From contig NC_092373.1 of NCBI RefSeq assembly GCF_030028105.1, positions 116,448,135-116,512,134 on the forward strand: a stretch of DNA of 64,000 nucleotides. Reading direction: 5' to 3'. Origin of the DNA: Mobula birostris (Eukaryota). The notes beneath the pieces are model-generated. The model was not told the DNA's origin. It saw only the letters and a program-made list of their open reading frames with translations, and searched no databases. Below, piece by piece: positions 1 to 12,689 of the stretch (the first letter of the stretch is position 1; the number at the start of each line of letters is the position of its first letter). A program made the position numbers and the translations under genes.

Positions 1-318
1 GGAGGATCTTATTGAAAGGCACAGGTAGAGTGGGCATGAGCAGGGTGTTTCCAATAGTGTGAATCTAGGACCAGCCTCAGAATAGAACGATGTCCCTTTA
101 GACCAAAGATGAGGAGGTGAATTAACTAGATGATGGTGAATCTGTGGATGTCTGTGGAGGCCAAGTCATTGCGTATATTTAAAGCAGAGGTTGATAGATT
201 CTTCATTAGTATGGACATCAAAGGTTACAGGGAGAAATCAGGAGACTGGGGCTAAGAGGGAAAATAAATCAGCCATGATGGAATAGCAGAGCAGATGTCT
301 GCTCCCATGTCTTATGAT
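1..318 (+). mobile_element. CR1-clade LINE, degenerate 3' end
   Basis: Decayed GDLIE.../VVNLW RT C-terminal sequence followed by the ATCAGCCATGAT...GCTCC...TCTTATG 3' tail seen in other CR1 copies in this window. Confidence 0.75.
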
Positions 319-670
319 GTAAAGCTTATTGTTAACCAGCTAATACACATAAACAATGTTAGCCAATTCTGTGCAGGAAATCACTTAGAACCAAACAGGA
401 GAAACAAACTATTTCTAGAAAACAAGGGCAATTGATATTTTGGTAAACGTCTCTAGAATGGTACAATATAAACCCAATAATGACCTCTTACCGATTATAT
501 CCATCCTATTGCCATGCAATTTAGGCACCTAAGCATTCAGGAGAAGAAGTGTGGCCTGGGACAATTCAATGCAAGTATCCATAGACACATGGTCATGACT
601 TGCCTTCGAGCTCACTGATGAGGTTGTGCAGAAGAGATGGCAAGTGCACTCTTGGATTTAAGTTCTACAG

Positions 671-888
671 CAGGGGTTCCCAGCCTTTTCTATGCCATGG
701 ACCAATGCCAGGGCATCAAAGATTATGGTGAGAAGGCGGGGGAGTGGGACTAAATGGGAGAATGGATCAGCTCATGATAAAATGGCGAAGCAGACTCGAT
801 GGGCCGAATGGCAGACTTCTGCTCCTTTGTCTTATGGTCTTAATGCCGTGAAGCAAGGGATCCGTGGACCCCAGGATGAGAATCCCTG
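671..888. mobile_element. hAT-like MITE interrupted by a CR1 3'-tail fragment (710-841)
   Basis: Ends CAGGGGTTCCC...GAGAATCCCTG form imperfect terminal inverted repeats. The internal CR1 tail is flanked by a duplicated AATGCC (704-709, 842-847). No clean 8-bp TSD is visible. Confidence 0.5.
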
Positions 889-1396
889 GTAGAGAGGAGG
901 CTAAAAAGTAACTATTATCACAAAGCAACCATTTTGAAACATCGAAGAACAGAACTGATTGTCAGTCATATGCTATACAGAGGCCTGGCAAGATCAATTG
1001 TTTGATTTTACCTTTCTATCTAAGTTTCTTCAGGTTATGTGAACAGGCTGCTCATAAGAGAGTTAATAAGTTCAATAATGTTTTAAAACCTGTATCTTTT
1101 TATAAAAACATTCTCTTCAATTCCATAATTGAGTATGACACAAATTAGCCGTGTGCCCATTTCTAGCTGACAGTGATTCTGTAGCTCAGAGGGTTAGCTC
1201 ACTGACCATTCATTACTGCTTTTTAACTGCAATAGATTTCATTACTGTACAGAATGAAATAACTTAGACTTCATTCTTTTGCAGTAGCTTAGATGATGCA
1301 GCCCTTTACCCTTTAAAAACCTTAGCACCTTGATAATGCAGAACACGACAAAAAAAGAATAATTCTGATGTACAAAATTTGCTGAGCTGTTAATAA

Positions 1397-2169
1397 TATT
1401 GGACAACAATATTTTTTTTTCAAAAGTGCTGCTTCCTCAGAATTTTTTTTTTGTTTATGATAGACTGTATGAAGCTGAACACAAATATAATTTCAGTCCA
1501 CTTGTATCACATAGGAATTTGGAGAAACAAGAAATCAACTTTTTTAAAATTGCGGAGTGGTGCTGACGCTTTGCTATAGTTCAACTAAGCTAAAAATGTT
1601 ATGTTGATGATTTTTATTTGTACTCAGTCTGAGGCTTCTTGCTTTAAAGTCCAACAATAATCAGCCAGCCTCAATGAATTCCAGTCACCCTGACACCGTT
1701 TCTCCATGACCGCAATGACCTGGTGAAACCTTTCACCATGCTCATCACCAATGGTGATTTATAGGGAAGAAGTCTAAATGGGAATGCAGATAATGAATCT
1801 TTAGTGACATGTTGCACTTCATGGTTTTGTATGCTTGAAGCATGTTGTCAACCCGCTGCATATAATTTGGTACTCTGTAGTTACCAAGAAAGTTTTCAAC
1901 AACACCTTGAAAGCCTTCCATGCGATTTTCTCTGGTCCCACTGAAAGTTCTCAATGATGATCTGTTTGATTTGCAGATCAACAAATATGTTTTTGTTAAT
2001 CTTGGCATTGGTAATCCTGATGAATTATGAATTGAAATAACAAATATAGGCAATTCCAAAAATATGGTGCGTAATAGTGAAATTTCATGGTGATTTTCAT
2101 GATCAGCAGCTCAAAATCCGTAAGATACAACCAAAAGTATTCAGGAAGCAAAACTTCTGTTATCCAATG
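1397..2169 (-). mobile_element. Chapaev3-like (CMC) DNA transposon, internally deleted copy 1
   Basis: Minus-strand ORF 1745-2059 contains VENFLGNYR..NY...MLQAYKTMKCNMSLKIHYLHSHLDFFP. Degenerate CACTGGA(C/T)AACA-type ends with TWA flanks. Colinear with 57903-58690. Confidence 0.65.
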
Positions 2170-2278
2170 TTATTAATGAAAATGCATTTGTTTCAATTAA
2201 TCAGGGCCTTAATTAATATCTGCTAAACAAATGAAGTAAGCCTTAAATTATTTGATTGTACATTATTTTATTTATTAA

Positions 2279-2518
<240 letters not shown>

Positions 2519-2575
2519 TGACAACGAAGCTGTGTGTTATTTTCTAGTCTGCAACAAGTAGTGAACAGTTGTTAA

Positions 2576-2800
<225 letters not shown>

Positions 2801-5292
2801 TAAGTAAAAAAACTCTTTAAAAAATAGAGTACTCTAGATCCCAGTTAAACCTTTTAATTCCAATAACAGTAAAATATATATAATAATCATTTATCTTCTC
2901 ACTGTAACTTATGAAACAAGGTGAGAATTTACACTGTCTCTGACTTCACACAGCGCAATACTAAATGGAATCTTAAATCAAAGTTTTATCTAATGAGTTA
3001 GGTAAGAATTCTGGAAGATGACCATTTGGTCCAACAGACTAATGTTAATTGGTTATTTAATGAAGTCATTGACTGGCTCTGAAACACTTGGGACATCCAT
3101 AGGGTAGAAATTTATTAGATATGCAGATTCCTATTTCCATATCAAGTTTAATCCACTCTAATATTATTTGCCTGTTCATTGCAGTATATTTTAATTTAGT
3201 GCCGCTAACATAGATAATTATGCAGAGATAAATTTGCACTTGTCTTTAATAAAGGACTTGCTGTTGCCTGACCGAGCAAGGTTGTTAATCTCATGTCTGT
3301 TATTAAACACATTCAAGTTAAATCTTGATTGTGGATGGTCACTACCAGAATCTTTCCACTTAAAAGTTCATAGTTCAATGTCCAAATTACATTTCTTTTA
3401 TCAAAGTATGTATAAATTATACAACCTCGAGATTTGTCTGATTACAGGCAGCCACAAAACAAGAAACCGAAAATAACCCAATTTATAAAAGACCAACACC
3501 CATTGCGCAGAGAGAGGAAAAAACCACAAATCATGCAGACAATAAAAGCAAACAACAACATTCAGAATGAAAGAAGCCACGAAGCCTGGACTAACTGGAG
3601 CAGGCCCATAGGCTCAGCCTCAGTTTAACACACAGCAGGGCAAATCGTAATGAACCCTGAAGCCTGGAGCAGCCCTAGCAGAACTGACTCAACCTTCCCC
3701 TACACTGTGTTCTGGATGACCACATGACTGTGAGATATTTAGGCATGTCATGCTGTTTTGGCAATGACTGCGTAACCCCATCCCACCACATTATGTGACG
3801 TTGACTGCAATCCCACCATTTTTATCCCCTGCTTGTCCTACTCCCAGAGCAGTTATCACAGCCACCTCTGAGGGAAAGACTCTCGTGAGAAGAAAGAATC
3901 ACAGGGAAGATTGCATGCTGAGATGAACCTCCCACTCTATTGTCCCAGTATTGAAGATATCGGATGAGGTGATCGAGCATTAATGAGAAACGATGACTTG
4001 TAGAGGAAAGTGTAACATTCTGTTGAGCGGGTTCATTGTTTGCTGACTGAGTGAAATGTTCAAGTTCAACTTTATTGTCATCTGACCGTACACATATACA
4101 AACAAATGAAACAATGTTCCTCCAGACCATGTTTCACCCACAAAAGATATATCATACACAGCACATAAGCCAAAATATTACCATAAATACTGAAGATTAA
4201 TAAAATATAATTCAAAATGCATGTAATGCACAGAGCAGGTAAACAGTACAGTCTACAGTATAAAGCTCTCTGTCCTAGTGACAAGACCCCAGTGGTGGCA
4301 GTATGTTCATTAGTCTCACAGCCTGAAGGAAGAAGCTGTTCCCCTTTCGGCAGTCCTAATCCCAATGCTTCTGTACCTCCTTCCTGATGTTTTATATTCT
4401 GTGGGTATTTTTTTTTTGCCATTTGCATGATATGTTGGGTGTTTAATGTTTTACTTCCATAAGTTCCATGGTGTTTCTTTGTTTTGTAGCTGTCTGTGGG
4501 AAGAAGACTCTCAGGGCTGTATCCTGCATTTGTACTTTGAAAATAAATGTACTTTAGAAATTTGAACTTCAAGGCCATGTAGGGCACTTGGGGCCTGCCT
4601 GTGTCTCTTACATAAATCAGATTGCATTAATAAGGCATTTATATCTGAAAGAGAAATTACTTTCTTAAGTGCTCTGTAAATTCAAGATCTGAAAAGGAAG
4701 AAAATGGAAAGCATAGTAAATCAGTTTGTATTGATGAGCAGTTTATATCTGAAACACAGATTTGTTTTGAATTCAGTATTAAGCTTTTGAAATTAGATTG
4801 GTAAAATAAAATTCAAAAATTGGAAATCATACTAGGTTCAAAAAAGAAGAAAAATACAGTTTTAAAGTGAATTTGTATTTATAATACTTTAAGAATTATT
4901 AAAATCGGAAATGTGAGATCACATAATTGTAAAGGCTCCAAGAGAAGTTATTTTGGAGTAATTGTCCTACAATACCATTAAATGGAAAAGAAGGGTTCTA
5001 TTCAAAGTCCACATTCAATCCATGTTTGTAATATCAGTGCAGGAATTTTGTACCATTCAATATATTTGACTGGGAACCCAGTTATTATTTTTAAGCAGCT
5101 TATGGAGGCAAAGTAAGATGTGACAGACCACTTGTGGATTTCGCATCTAACTCCTCACGTCTGCTGAGAACTGCTCACCATGAACTGCCTATTCAGTTGT
5201 CCATAAATGTTCTCAGTTCCACTGCGTCTTTTCTAATGACTTTCAATCATATCTGGTCAGTTGATAAATCACCAAAAGAACTGCTTTACTGA

Positions 5293-5580
<288 letters not shown>

Positions 5581-6635
5581 TGAAATGTTAAGAACATTAT
5601 CAAATGAGAATCAAGAAAACGGCAGATGGTGGAAATCTGAAATAGAAGTTGAAATGCTCAACCAGTCAGGAAGAACCTGTGAAATGAGATACAGTTCAAC
5701 ATTCCATTCGACCTGGAGCATAAACACATTTTCTTGTCACAGATGCTGTCTGACCTACTGAATGCGAGCCTCTCGGGCTGCATCTCTACTTCTTACTTAA
5801 TGCAACACAAACTTTCCAGAGTGAGTGAATAGGAGATTTCATAAACACAAGAGATTTTGCAGATGCTGGAAATCCACAGTAACACAAGTACAATGCTGGA
5901 GGAACTCAGCAGGTCAGGCAGCATCTATGGAAAGGAATAAACAGTTGATGTTTGGAGCCAAAACCCTTCATAAGGAATGGGAACTTTGTCATTTCAAATC
6001 TTTGATAACTTTGTCTAATTTGACAACCTTTCTTGAGAGTTACTATAAACAACACCAGTTGTTTCTAATGCCAGTGAAAAGAATTTCAAATTGAAATCTG
6101 CAGACAACTGGTAATAGGTCAGTCTCAGTCCTGAGCAGTTTGGAACTACGAGCAAGCGTACACTTAATTCCAGTGTAAATGGGCATTATGTCATTCTAGC
6201 CTGTCCAGCAGCCACATTATAGAACTGGGTGGATAACTCTCAGGAACATTACCAAAACTGCATGAAAATTTGTAATGTTCTTACAAAAGCCGTCTTAAGG
6301 TATCCACTTTGTCAAAATGAAAATTTGCTACTGAGAGCTACATCTGTTTAGGATTCATAATTTTCTGAAGGAAGCACAAGGTCTATTAAGGCCTAGCTCA
6401 ACATGTCACTGATTTGAAACAATATTGCACCTATGAAACTTCCCTGCCCCTAAGATGTCTCATGGATGAATACATATAAGATGAAGACAACGAAACCTTG
6501 CAATATCTGACCAAATGTAAAACTTTATTGTGTGATCAGGTAGTGTTGTGAACAAATTGAGTCCTGTTGGTCACACTAGCTATTCTCCTTCTCCTCCAGC
6601 CACCTTTTTATTCTGTTGAACTCCCCCTTCCTTTT

Positions 6636-6673
6636 CAGTCCTGATGAAGGCTCTCAGCCCGAAACGTTGACTG
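6636..6673 (+). ncRNA. Minimal type I hammerhead ribozyme motif in a Penelope terminal fragment (~6585-6725)
   Basis: CAGTC-CTGATGA-A-GGCTCTCAGCCC-GAAA-CGTT-GACTG: stem I CAGTC/GACTG, CUGANGA and GAAA core boxes, stem II hairpin, palindromic ACGU helix III, GUU cleavage triplet. Confidence 0.7.
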
Positions 6674-7191
6674 TTTATTCATTTCCTGACCTGCAGAGTT
6701 CTTCCAGCATTTTGTGTGCGTTGCTTTGTACAATTATTTTGTCTCATTCCATAAGCTTGTTTGATCCTTTATATTTGACTCAATGGCAAATGTCCTTTAC
6801 ATCATTCTTGCAATTCTCTAATGAAGTATGCACAATAAAAGATCAAACGCTAGATCAAAATGTTTGAACATGATAGATCTGGACAATTTGGAATTATCTT
6901 AAGTTTAAAAAAAGGGCTCAGCCATCTGAAGGAACCCAGCAGCAAAGGTGTAAATAGAGAGACACCTTCACATAATCCGAAGAAAGAGAAAGAAAATATA
7001 CAAAGACGTACTGAGCCGCTGGCTAATGGGGTTGGCAATACTTTCAAAGATATGGCATTAAGTGTTTTATGTTACTGCTTCCACTGACAAGGGGAAAATA
7101 TTGGAAAGCAAAAGATAAGTTAAACATTACTTCAAACTGAAAGGTAAAATGTTGGAAAACGAGTGGGAAATCCAGAGAAAATTAGAAATGG

Positions 7192-7373
7192 AAACACGAG
7201 GAAATCTGCAGATGCTGGAATTTCAAGCAGCGCACATAAAAGTTGCAGGTGAGCGCAGCAGGCCAGGCAGCAGCTCTAGGAAGAGGTACAGTCGACGTTT
7301 CGGGCCCGAAATGTCAACTGTACCTCTTCCTAGGGATGCTGCCTAGCCTGCTGTGTTCACCAGCATCTTTTAT
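7192..7373. mobile_element. Fold-back (inverted) Penelope terminal fragment with 14-bp TSD
   Basis: Palindrome centred on CGGGCCCG (~7301-7308). Flanked by AAAATTAGAAAYGG at 7178-7191 and 7374-7387. The arms match the 3' end of the Penelope element at 41340-41457. Confidence 0.8.
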
Positions 7374-7680
7374 AAAATTAGAAACGGCCTGTGTTTGAAG
7401 CTATTTATACCAAGGGGTTTAACATATACAATAGGAGTTTGAGTAAAATATGGCTTTAACTTCTCTACCACTACAGCCTTTAGCAGTCCTATAGTCCTAG
7501 ATTTCTGACTTCTTGTTTAATCACTACTACCTCTGGGATTTGTACACCAAATTGTCTAGGTCTATGTTTTAATTTGGTCTCACTAAGTAATTTAGCTTTG
7601 TACACCCAGTTGTCTAGATCTATTGGAAATAATTCTGAAGACATGTAGCTCGGGTGGTTAATAGTTAGGTTGAGCTATTC

Positions 7681-7878
7681 TCTGATCTTGGCAATTTATT
7701 TGCAAGCATTTTGTTACCATACGAGGAGACATCGTCAGTGCGCTGTGATTGTGGAGTGCCCTCTGAATGCTTGGCCTTTATTATATAATTCAGAGGACAC
7801 GCCACAGTCAACAGCACACTGACGATGTCTCCTTGTATGGAGATGAAACGTTTGCAAGTAAATTTCCAAGACCGCAGA
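7681..7878. repeat. ~88-bp-arm inverted repeat, likely a second Penelope family terminus carrying a hammerhead motif (7814-7856)
   Basis: Left arm 7681-7768 is the reverse complement of ~7788-7878. The right arm reads CTGACGA-T-GTCTCC-TTGTAT-GGAGAT-GAAA-CGTT-TG. Confidence 0.65.
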
Positions 7879-8192
7879 CCAACGTAACCCAACTGTCTAG
7901 ATTTCTGTTTAACATGGTCTCACTAAGCCATTTAGATTTTCTATCTTTAAAACCCTTTTTAGTATTTATCTCTTTACCCACGCTTTTAAACAGATTCTTT
8001 GATTTGCCTAATATGATTTTGGTGAAGTAGCTTTTCAAGTTTTATGAAAACAAAACAGGTATGGTTGATCAGAACAGAGCAAGAATCCAAAGTTTTCCTT
8101 GAAAACAGTATTTGAAGTATAGCTGATGAAGAATTTAATACTGTACTTGCAAATTGAACAGTATGAAGCAACATTTGGACTTTTGCCAACAG

Positions 8193-8363
8193 ACCCCAGA
8201 ATTACATCTTCTGCCAAGGTGAATTTGTTCTCAACCCCTGTGTTAGAAGATGAGAATCTGTCCCAGTCTGAAGGCCACTCTTCCACTACCCGTTTCAATA
8301 AAGATAAGATTACTCCTGAACTCCAGCCAAGACCCACACTTGTGGCAGAGATAATGATATCAG
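8193..8363 (+). CDS. EGF: pro-EGF linker exon, (Y)PRITSSAKVNLFSTPVLEDENLSQSEGHSSTTRFNKDKITPELQPRPTLVAEIMIS
   Basis: cag acceptor, gtaatt donor, phase 1-1. Ends in the conserved LVAEIM(V/I)S motif. The exact acceptor is less certain than the donor. Confidence 0.85.
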
Positions 8364-10152
8364 GTAATTGCTGCTCTGATAAGCATTTACTTTTACCTAT
8401 TACTACACAGAAATAAATTACTTGTCCACTCCATTCCATACTAGCTTCGAGCAGAGCAACTCCATCAATTTCATTACCCATCTCCAACTTCCGTTAGCCC
8501 AACAAGTTGTTTGCACTTATATCTCCATTAATTACAGTTTAATTATTTTACCACATTAAACTACACTGTTAATGGATGGTAGTTATTTAACTGAATAAAG
8601 TGAGAGAACCCTTGCAATTACAGTCTCCAAAACATCTCCAGTCAGCATCAAACCCAGATCCCTAGAGCTGTGAGTTAGCAACGGTAAACTAATTGGGCAT
8701 TGTGCCACCAGGAGCAGACACAGTTAGGGATTTTCTAAAAAAAATAATGCAAACTTCGAAACTGCAACTTGTGAGAATGCAATCATTTAGGCTTTCATAC
8801 TTAAGACTAAAAGCTTTGACTATATTAATGCAAGCAACCTATGATTGGATCTTTATTCCTAACTATGATTGCATTTTACTCAATAGAATGGGGGTGATTA
8901 ACAGATTCACCAATTATAGCTTTCTTACTCATGCAGCTGTTTATACAACTTATTTAGCAATTAATATAATCCAGACTGAAAATTTAAAAATAGTCCCATG
9001 GAATTATCAAAAAGCTACACTAAATTCCATAACAAGAATTGGTCGTCTATTGAACAATAAACATTGCTCAGATAAAAGCAGATGAGAGAGGCCATTCAAG
9101 ACATTTATCAAATCAGAAGGAAACATTCAGACTTAGTCTGCACTAAATGTATGTAAGATTAATTCAGATAGACTCACTTTCCAGCACTTCCCCATAGCAT
9201 TATAATATAAGTATTTAGCCAGCATTTTGACCGACTCTGCCTCCATTACTCCTGGCAATGTATTTTTGGACCTAATCACCCGCTCTGCAAATATATTTTT
9301 GTCATGTCACTTTTGGTTCTTTTGTCAATGACCTCCATCTAATTTTCTTCATGTCACTGGAAACAGCTCTCTCTACTTACTGTGCCCAGAGCCTTTATGA
9401 TTTTAAATTAATCTATCATATCCCCTAACAAACTGCTCTGCCCCAAGGAAAGCAACCTCAGGTTTACCAAAGTCAACCACTCATGCTCTGAATTATTGTT
9501 CACATTCTCTTGAAAGCATCGCATCCTTCCTAAACTGCGCTGCTCAGGAATGTATACCACACTGCCGTTGTCATTAATTCAATGTTACATAAAGATTCAT
9601 TGTGATATACTTCCTCTTTGATCAGATTAAGATCAAAGTTCTTGTGGAAGTATTCCAAGGACAGTCCTCCCTTGCTCGAGTTCATTAACATAAAGTTGAT
9701 CAGAACTTTATTTGTTGCGTGTAGCACTTTGCAATCAGCCGGTGTCTGATACACAGCACCTAACATATTCCTCCAGGTTTCAGATTGTATTTACAAATGG
9801 AAATAATAATAATCACTCAAAAAGTACAAATTCTTTCACTTTCACAGTTACTTTGACTGTACTCTTCCGCTCATTCACAAAGCGCTAAATATACTTCCAT
9901 ATATGAAGTCTAGCCTTTCTCACTGTACCTGAGCCTAATAAACTGCAGAATGTGTCAGCCTGAAATGGGAGTAATTTGGACCAAGCTTGACTATTCCATT
10001 TGGTACTGAATATACTAATAGGGTACCTAGCCTCCACTTCCTTATTTCTGTCCTATTGTGCTAATTTGTATGTTTTTTTCTACACTTTCCTTAGAACAAA
10101 GATAATGCAAACACATTTATTTACCAAGTTGCCTTGATTTCCTTTTTTCAAG

Positions 10153-10269
10153 ATCAAGATGACTGTGGAATCTTGGAATGTGATCTCAATGCTCAGTGTA
10201 TAGTATCAGAAGGAATTGCGAGATGCCAGTGTTCGGAAGGATTTACTGGGCAAGGCAACATCTGCAATG
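10153..10269 (+). CDS. EGF: pro-EGF exon: EGF-like module, DQDDCGILECDLNAQCIVSEGIARCQCSEGFTGQGNICN
   Basis: ttttttcaag acceptor, gtaatg donor, phase 1-1, six Cys. Matches QDDC...C...A.C.....CQCLKGFAGDG..C. Confidence 0.95.
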
Positions 10270-10529
10270 GTAATGAGTTGAGTCTAATTATTAATTAGTT
10301 AATTAGTTACCTTGTGTTTGAGCTTTCAATTCTCCATGAAAGTGATTTCTTTTGAAGATAGGATGGAATGCAACCTTGTTGATTTTGTTCTTCTGTGACA
10401 TATTGATTATAGACTGGTTTTACACGGTTCATATTTTTTCAAATAATTTCCTAATCTGTGGAAATGTTATTCCATGTCCACCACCACTTCCAATCTTCAG
10501 TTTCTAGTCATATTGCCAAAATATTATTG

Positions 10530-12225
10530 TGCGTTGCATGGTGACGAGAGGGCGTACCAAATTGAGACATACCAGCTAGCTGTTGGTGTCACAGCAACAA
10601 CTTTGTATTCAACATCAGTAAGACCAAAGAGCTGATTGTGGACTTCAGAACGTGTAGGGTTAGGGAACATGAACCAATCCTCATAGAGGGATCAGAAGTG
10701 GAGAAAGTGAGCATTTCCAAGTTCGTGGGTGTTAATGATTAGTGGTGTTCTGCAGGGATTGGTGTTGGGACCACATCTTTTCATGTTATATGTCAATGAT
10801 TTGGATGAAGGAATTGATGGCTTTGTCTAGGTTTGTATACAACACGAAGATAGGTGGAAGGGCAGGTCGTGTGGAGAAAGCAAGGAGTCTGCATACGGTC
10901 TTTGACAGATTGGGAGACTGGGCAAAGAGGTGTCAGATGGAATATACTGATGGGAAGTGTATGCTCATGCACTTTGATAGAAAGAATAAAGATGTAGACA
11001 AAGGTTTTGGGGACATAGCCTCAAGATTTGGGGGAGTAGATTTAGGATGGAGATGAGGAGGAACTGCTTTTCCCAGAGGGTGTTGAATCTGTGGAATTCT
11101 CTGCCCAATGAACCAGTGGAGGCTACCTCAGTAAATATGTTTATATATTTAAGATAAGGTTGGATAGATTTTTGCATAGTAGGGGAATTAAGAGTTATGG
11201 GAATAGGCAGATAGGTGGAGATGAGTCCATGGCCAGATCAGCCATGATCTTATTGAATGGCGGAACAGGCTTGATGCACCAAATGGCCTACTCCTGCTCC
11301 TATTTCTTATGATCTTATTTTCTAAACGGAGAAAATTCACGAATCAGAGACGCAAAAGCACTTGGGGATCATCGTGCAGAATTCCCTAAAGGTTAATTTA
11401 CAGGCTGAGGTGGTGGTGAGGAAGTCAAATGCAATATTAGCATTAATTTCAAGATGAATAGAATAAAAGAAAAAGGATGTAATGCTGAGGCTTTATAAGG
11501 CATTGGTCAGACTGCACTTCTAATATTGTATGAAGTTTATCTAAGAAAAGATGTGTTTGCATTTGAAAGGGCCCAGGAGAGGTTTACAAGAATGATTCCA
11601 GGAATGAAGGTGTTATCATATGAGGAGTATTTGATGGCTCTGGACTTGTACTTGCTGGAGTTTAGAAGAATGAGGGGGGATCTCATTGAAATCTATCAGA
11701 TATTTAAAAGGCTAGATAGAGGGGATATTTGCTAGACTGGGGGAGTCTAGGACCAGAGGACACAGCCTCTGAATAGAGGACGTGTGCATGTGAGCTTGAC
11801 TTCAATGTTTAAAACAAGTTTGGATGGGTACCTGGATATTAGGAGTTTTGGTGTCTATGGTCTGGGTGCAGGTCAATGGGACTAGGCAGTTTAAATAGGT
11901 CAGCACAGAGCAGATGGGCTGAAAGGCTTGTTCCTGTGTTGTACTTTTCAATGACTCTATGACGTCAATTTAGAACAGAGATGAGGAAGAATTCCTTTAG
12001 CCAGAGAGTGGTGAATCTATGGAATTCATTGCCACAGATGACTGTGGAGCACAAGTCACACTTAAAGAGGAAGTTGATAGGTTCTTGATCAGTCAGGGTG
12101 TTAAAGGTTTTGGGGAAAAGGCAAGAGAATGTGGTTGAGAGGGATAATAAATCAGCCATGATAGAATGGCAAAGCAGACTCGATGGGCTGAATGGCCTAA
12201 TTCTGCTCCTTATGGTCTTATAATG
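10530..12225 (+). mobile_element. Nested LINE stack: Rex1/Babar RT fragment (~10530-10736) followed by a CR1 3' region interrupted by two further CR1 tails
   Basis: SKTKELIVDFR-type Rex1 motif, then CR1 RT motifs (ERAQERFTRMIPGMKVLSYEE...RGDLIE). One internal insert is flanked by GACGT at 11779-11783 and 11961-11965. Confidence 0.75.
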
Positions 12226-12491
12226 TAATAGCATTACGCTAACCGCTATGCTGTCCTGCTGCTCCTGGATTCAGAATGATTTTTTAAATATACAGTAAAA
12301 CCCTGTCATATTGTGATTTGTGTTCCCTAATGGCCTCTTACTGATAAGCCTCCACTGTATTCTGCAGCTGGCCAGATTATTTGAAACAAACAAGCTGCGT
12401 AATGGAAATTACTCATCTACCAGTCCCCAGGGTCTGAAGATTCATTGGAGCTGTTAGTTATTTCATGATGCAAAATGTTATTTCCTTATAA

Positions 12492-12616
12492 ATATTGAAG
12501 AATGCGTAACTACCTTTGCACTGTGCATTGAATGCATAGCAGACTGAATTAACACGGGGCAGCTCTGTTTGTAGATGTCATCCTGGTTACTGTAGTGATG
12601 GGCTTTTCTGTTAATG
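12492..12616 (+). pseudogene. EGF: Pseudoexon of EGF: dead calcium-binding EGF module, IEECVTTFALCIECIAD*INT(fs)GSSVCRCHPGYCSDGLFC(fs)N
   Basis: Acceptor reads TAA instead of TAG (12489-12491). In-frame TGA at 12545-12547 replaces Cys3. 2-nt deletion near 12557 and 1-nt insertion near 12612. gtgaaa donor at 12617. Cys spacing 4/11/18/27/29/40 and gene position match the module otherwise missing from this gene. Confidence 0.9.
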
Positions 12617-12689
12617 GTGAAAGATTTACTCATAGATGATGTTCTGCTGGTGGAAAGCATATGGTTTTGTGACTTTTTTTCTTGTAGCC

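Noticed and set aside
12545-12547. TGA at a Cys position as selenocysteine recoding
   Set aside because: The same exon has a dead acceptor and two frameshifts, so simple decay explains it.
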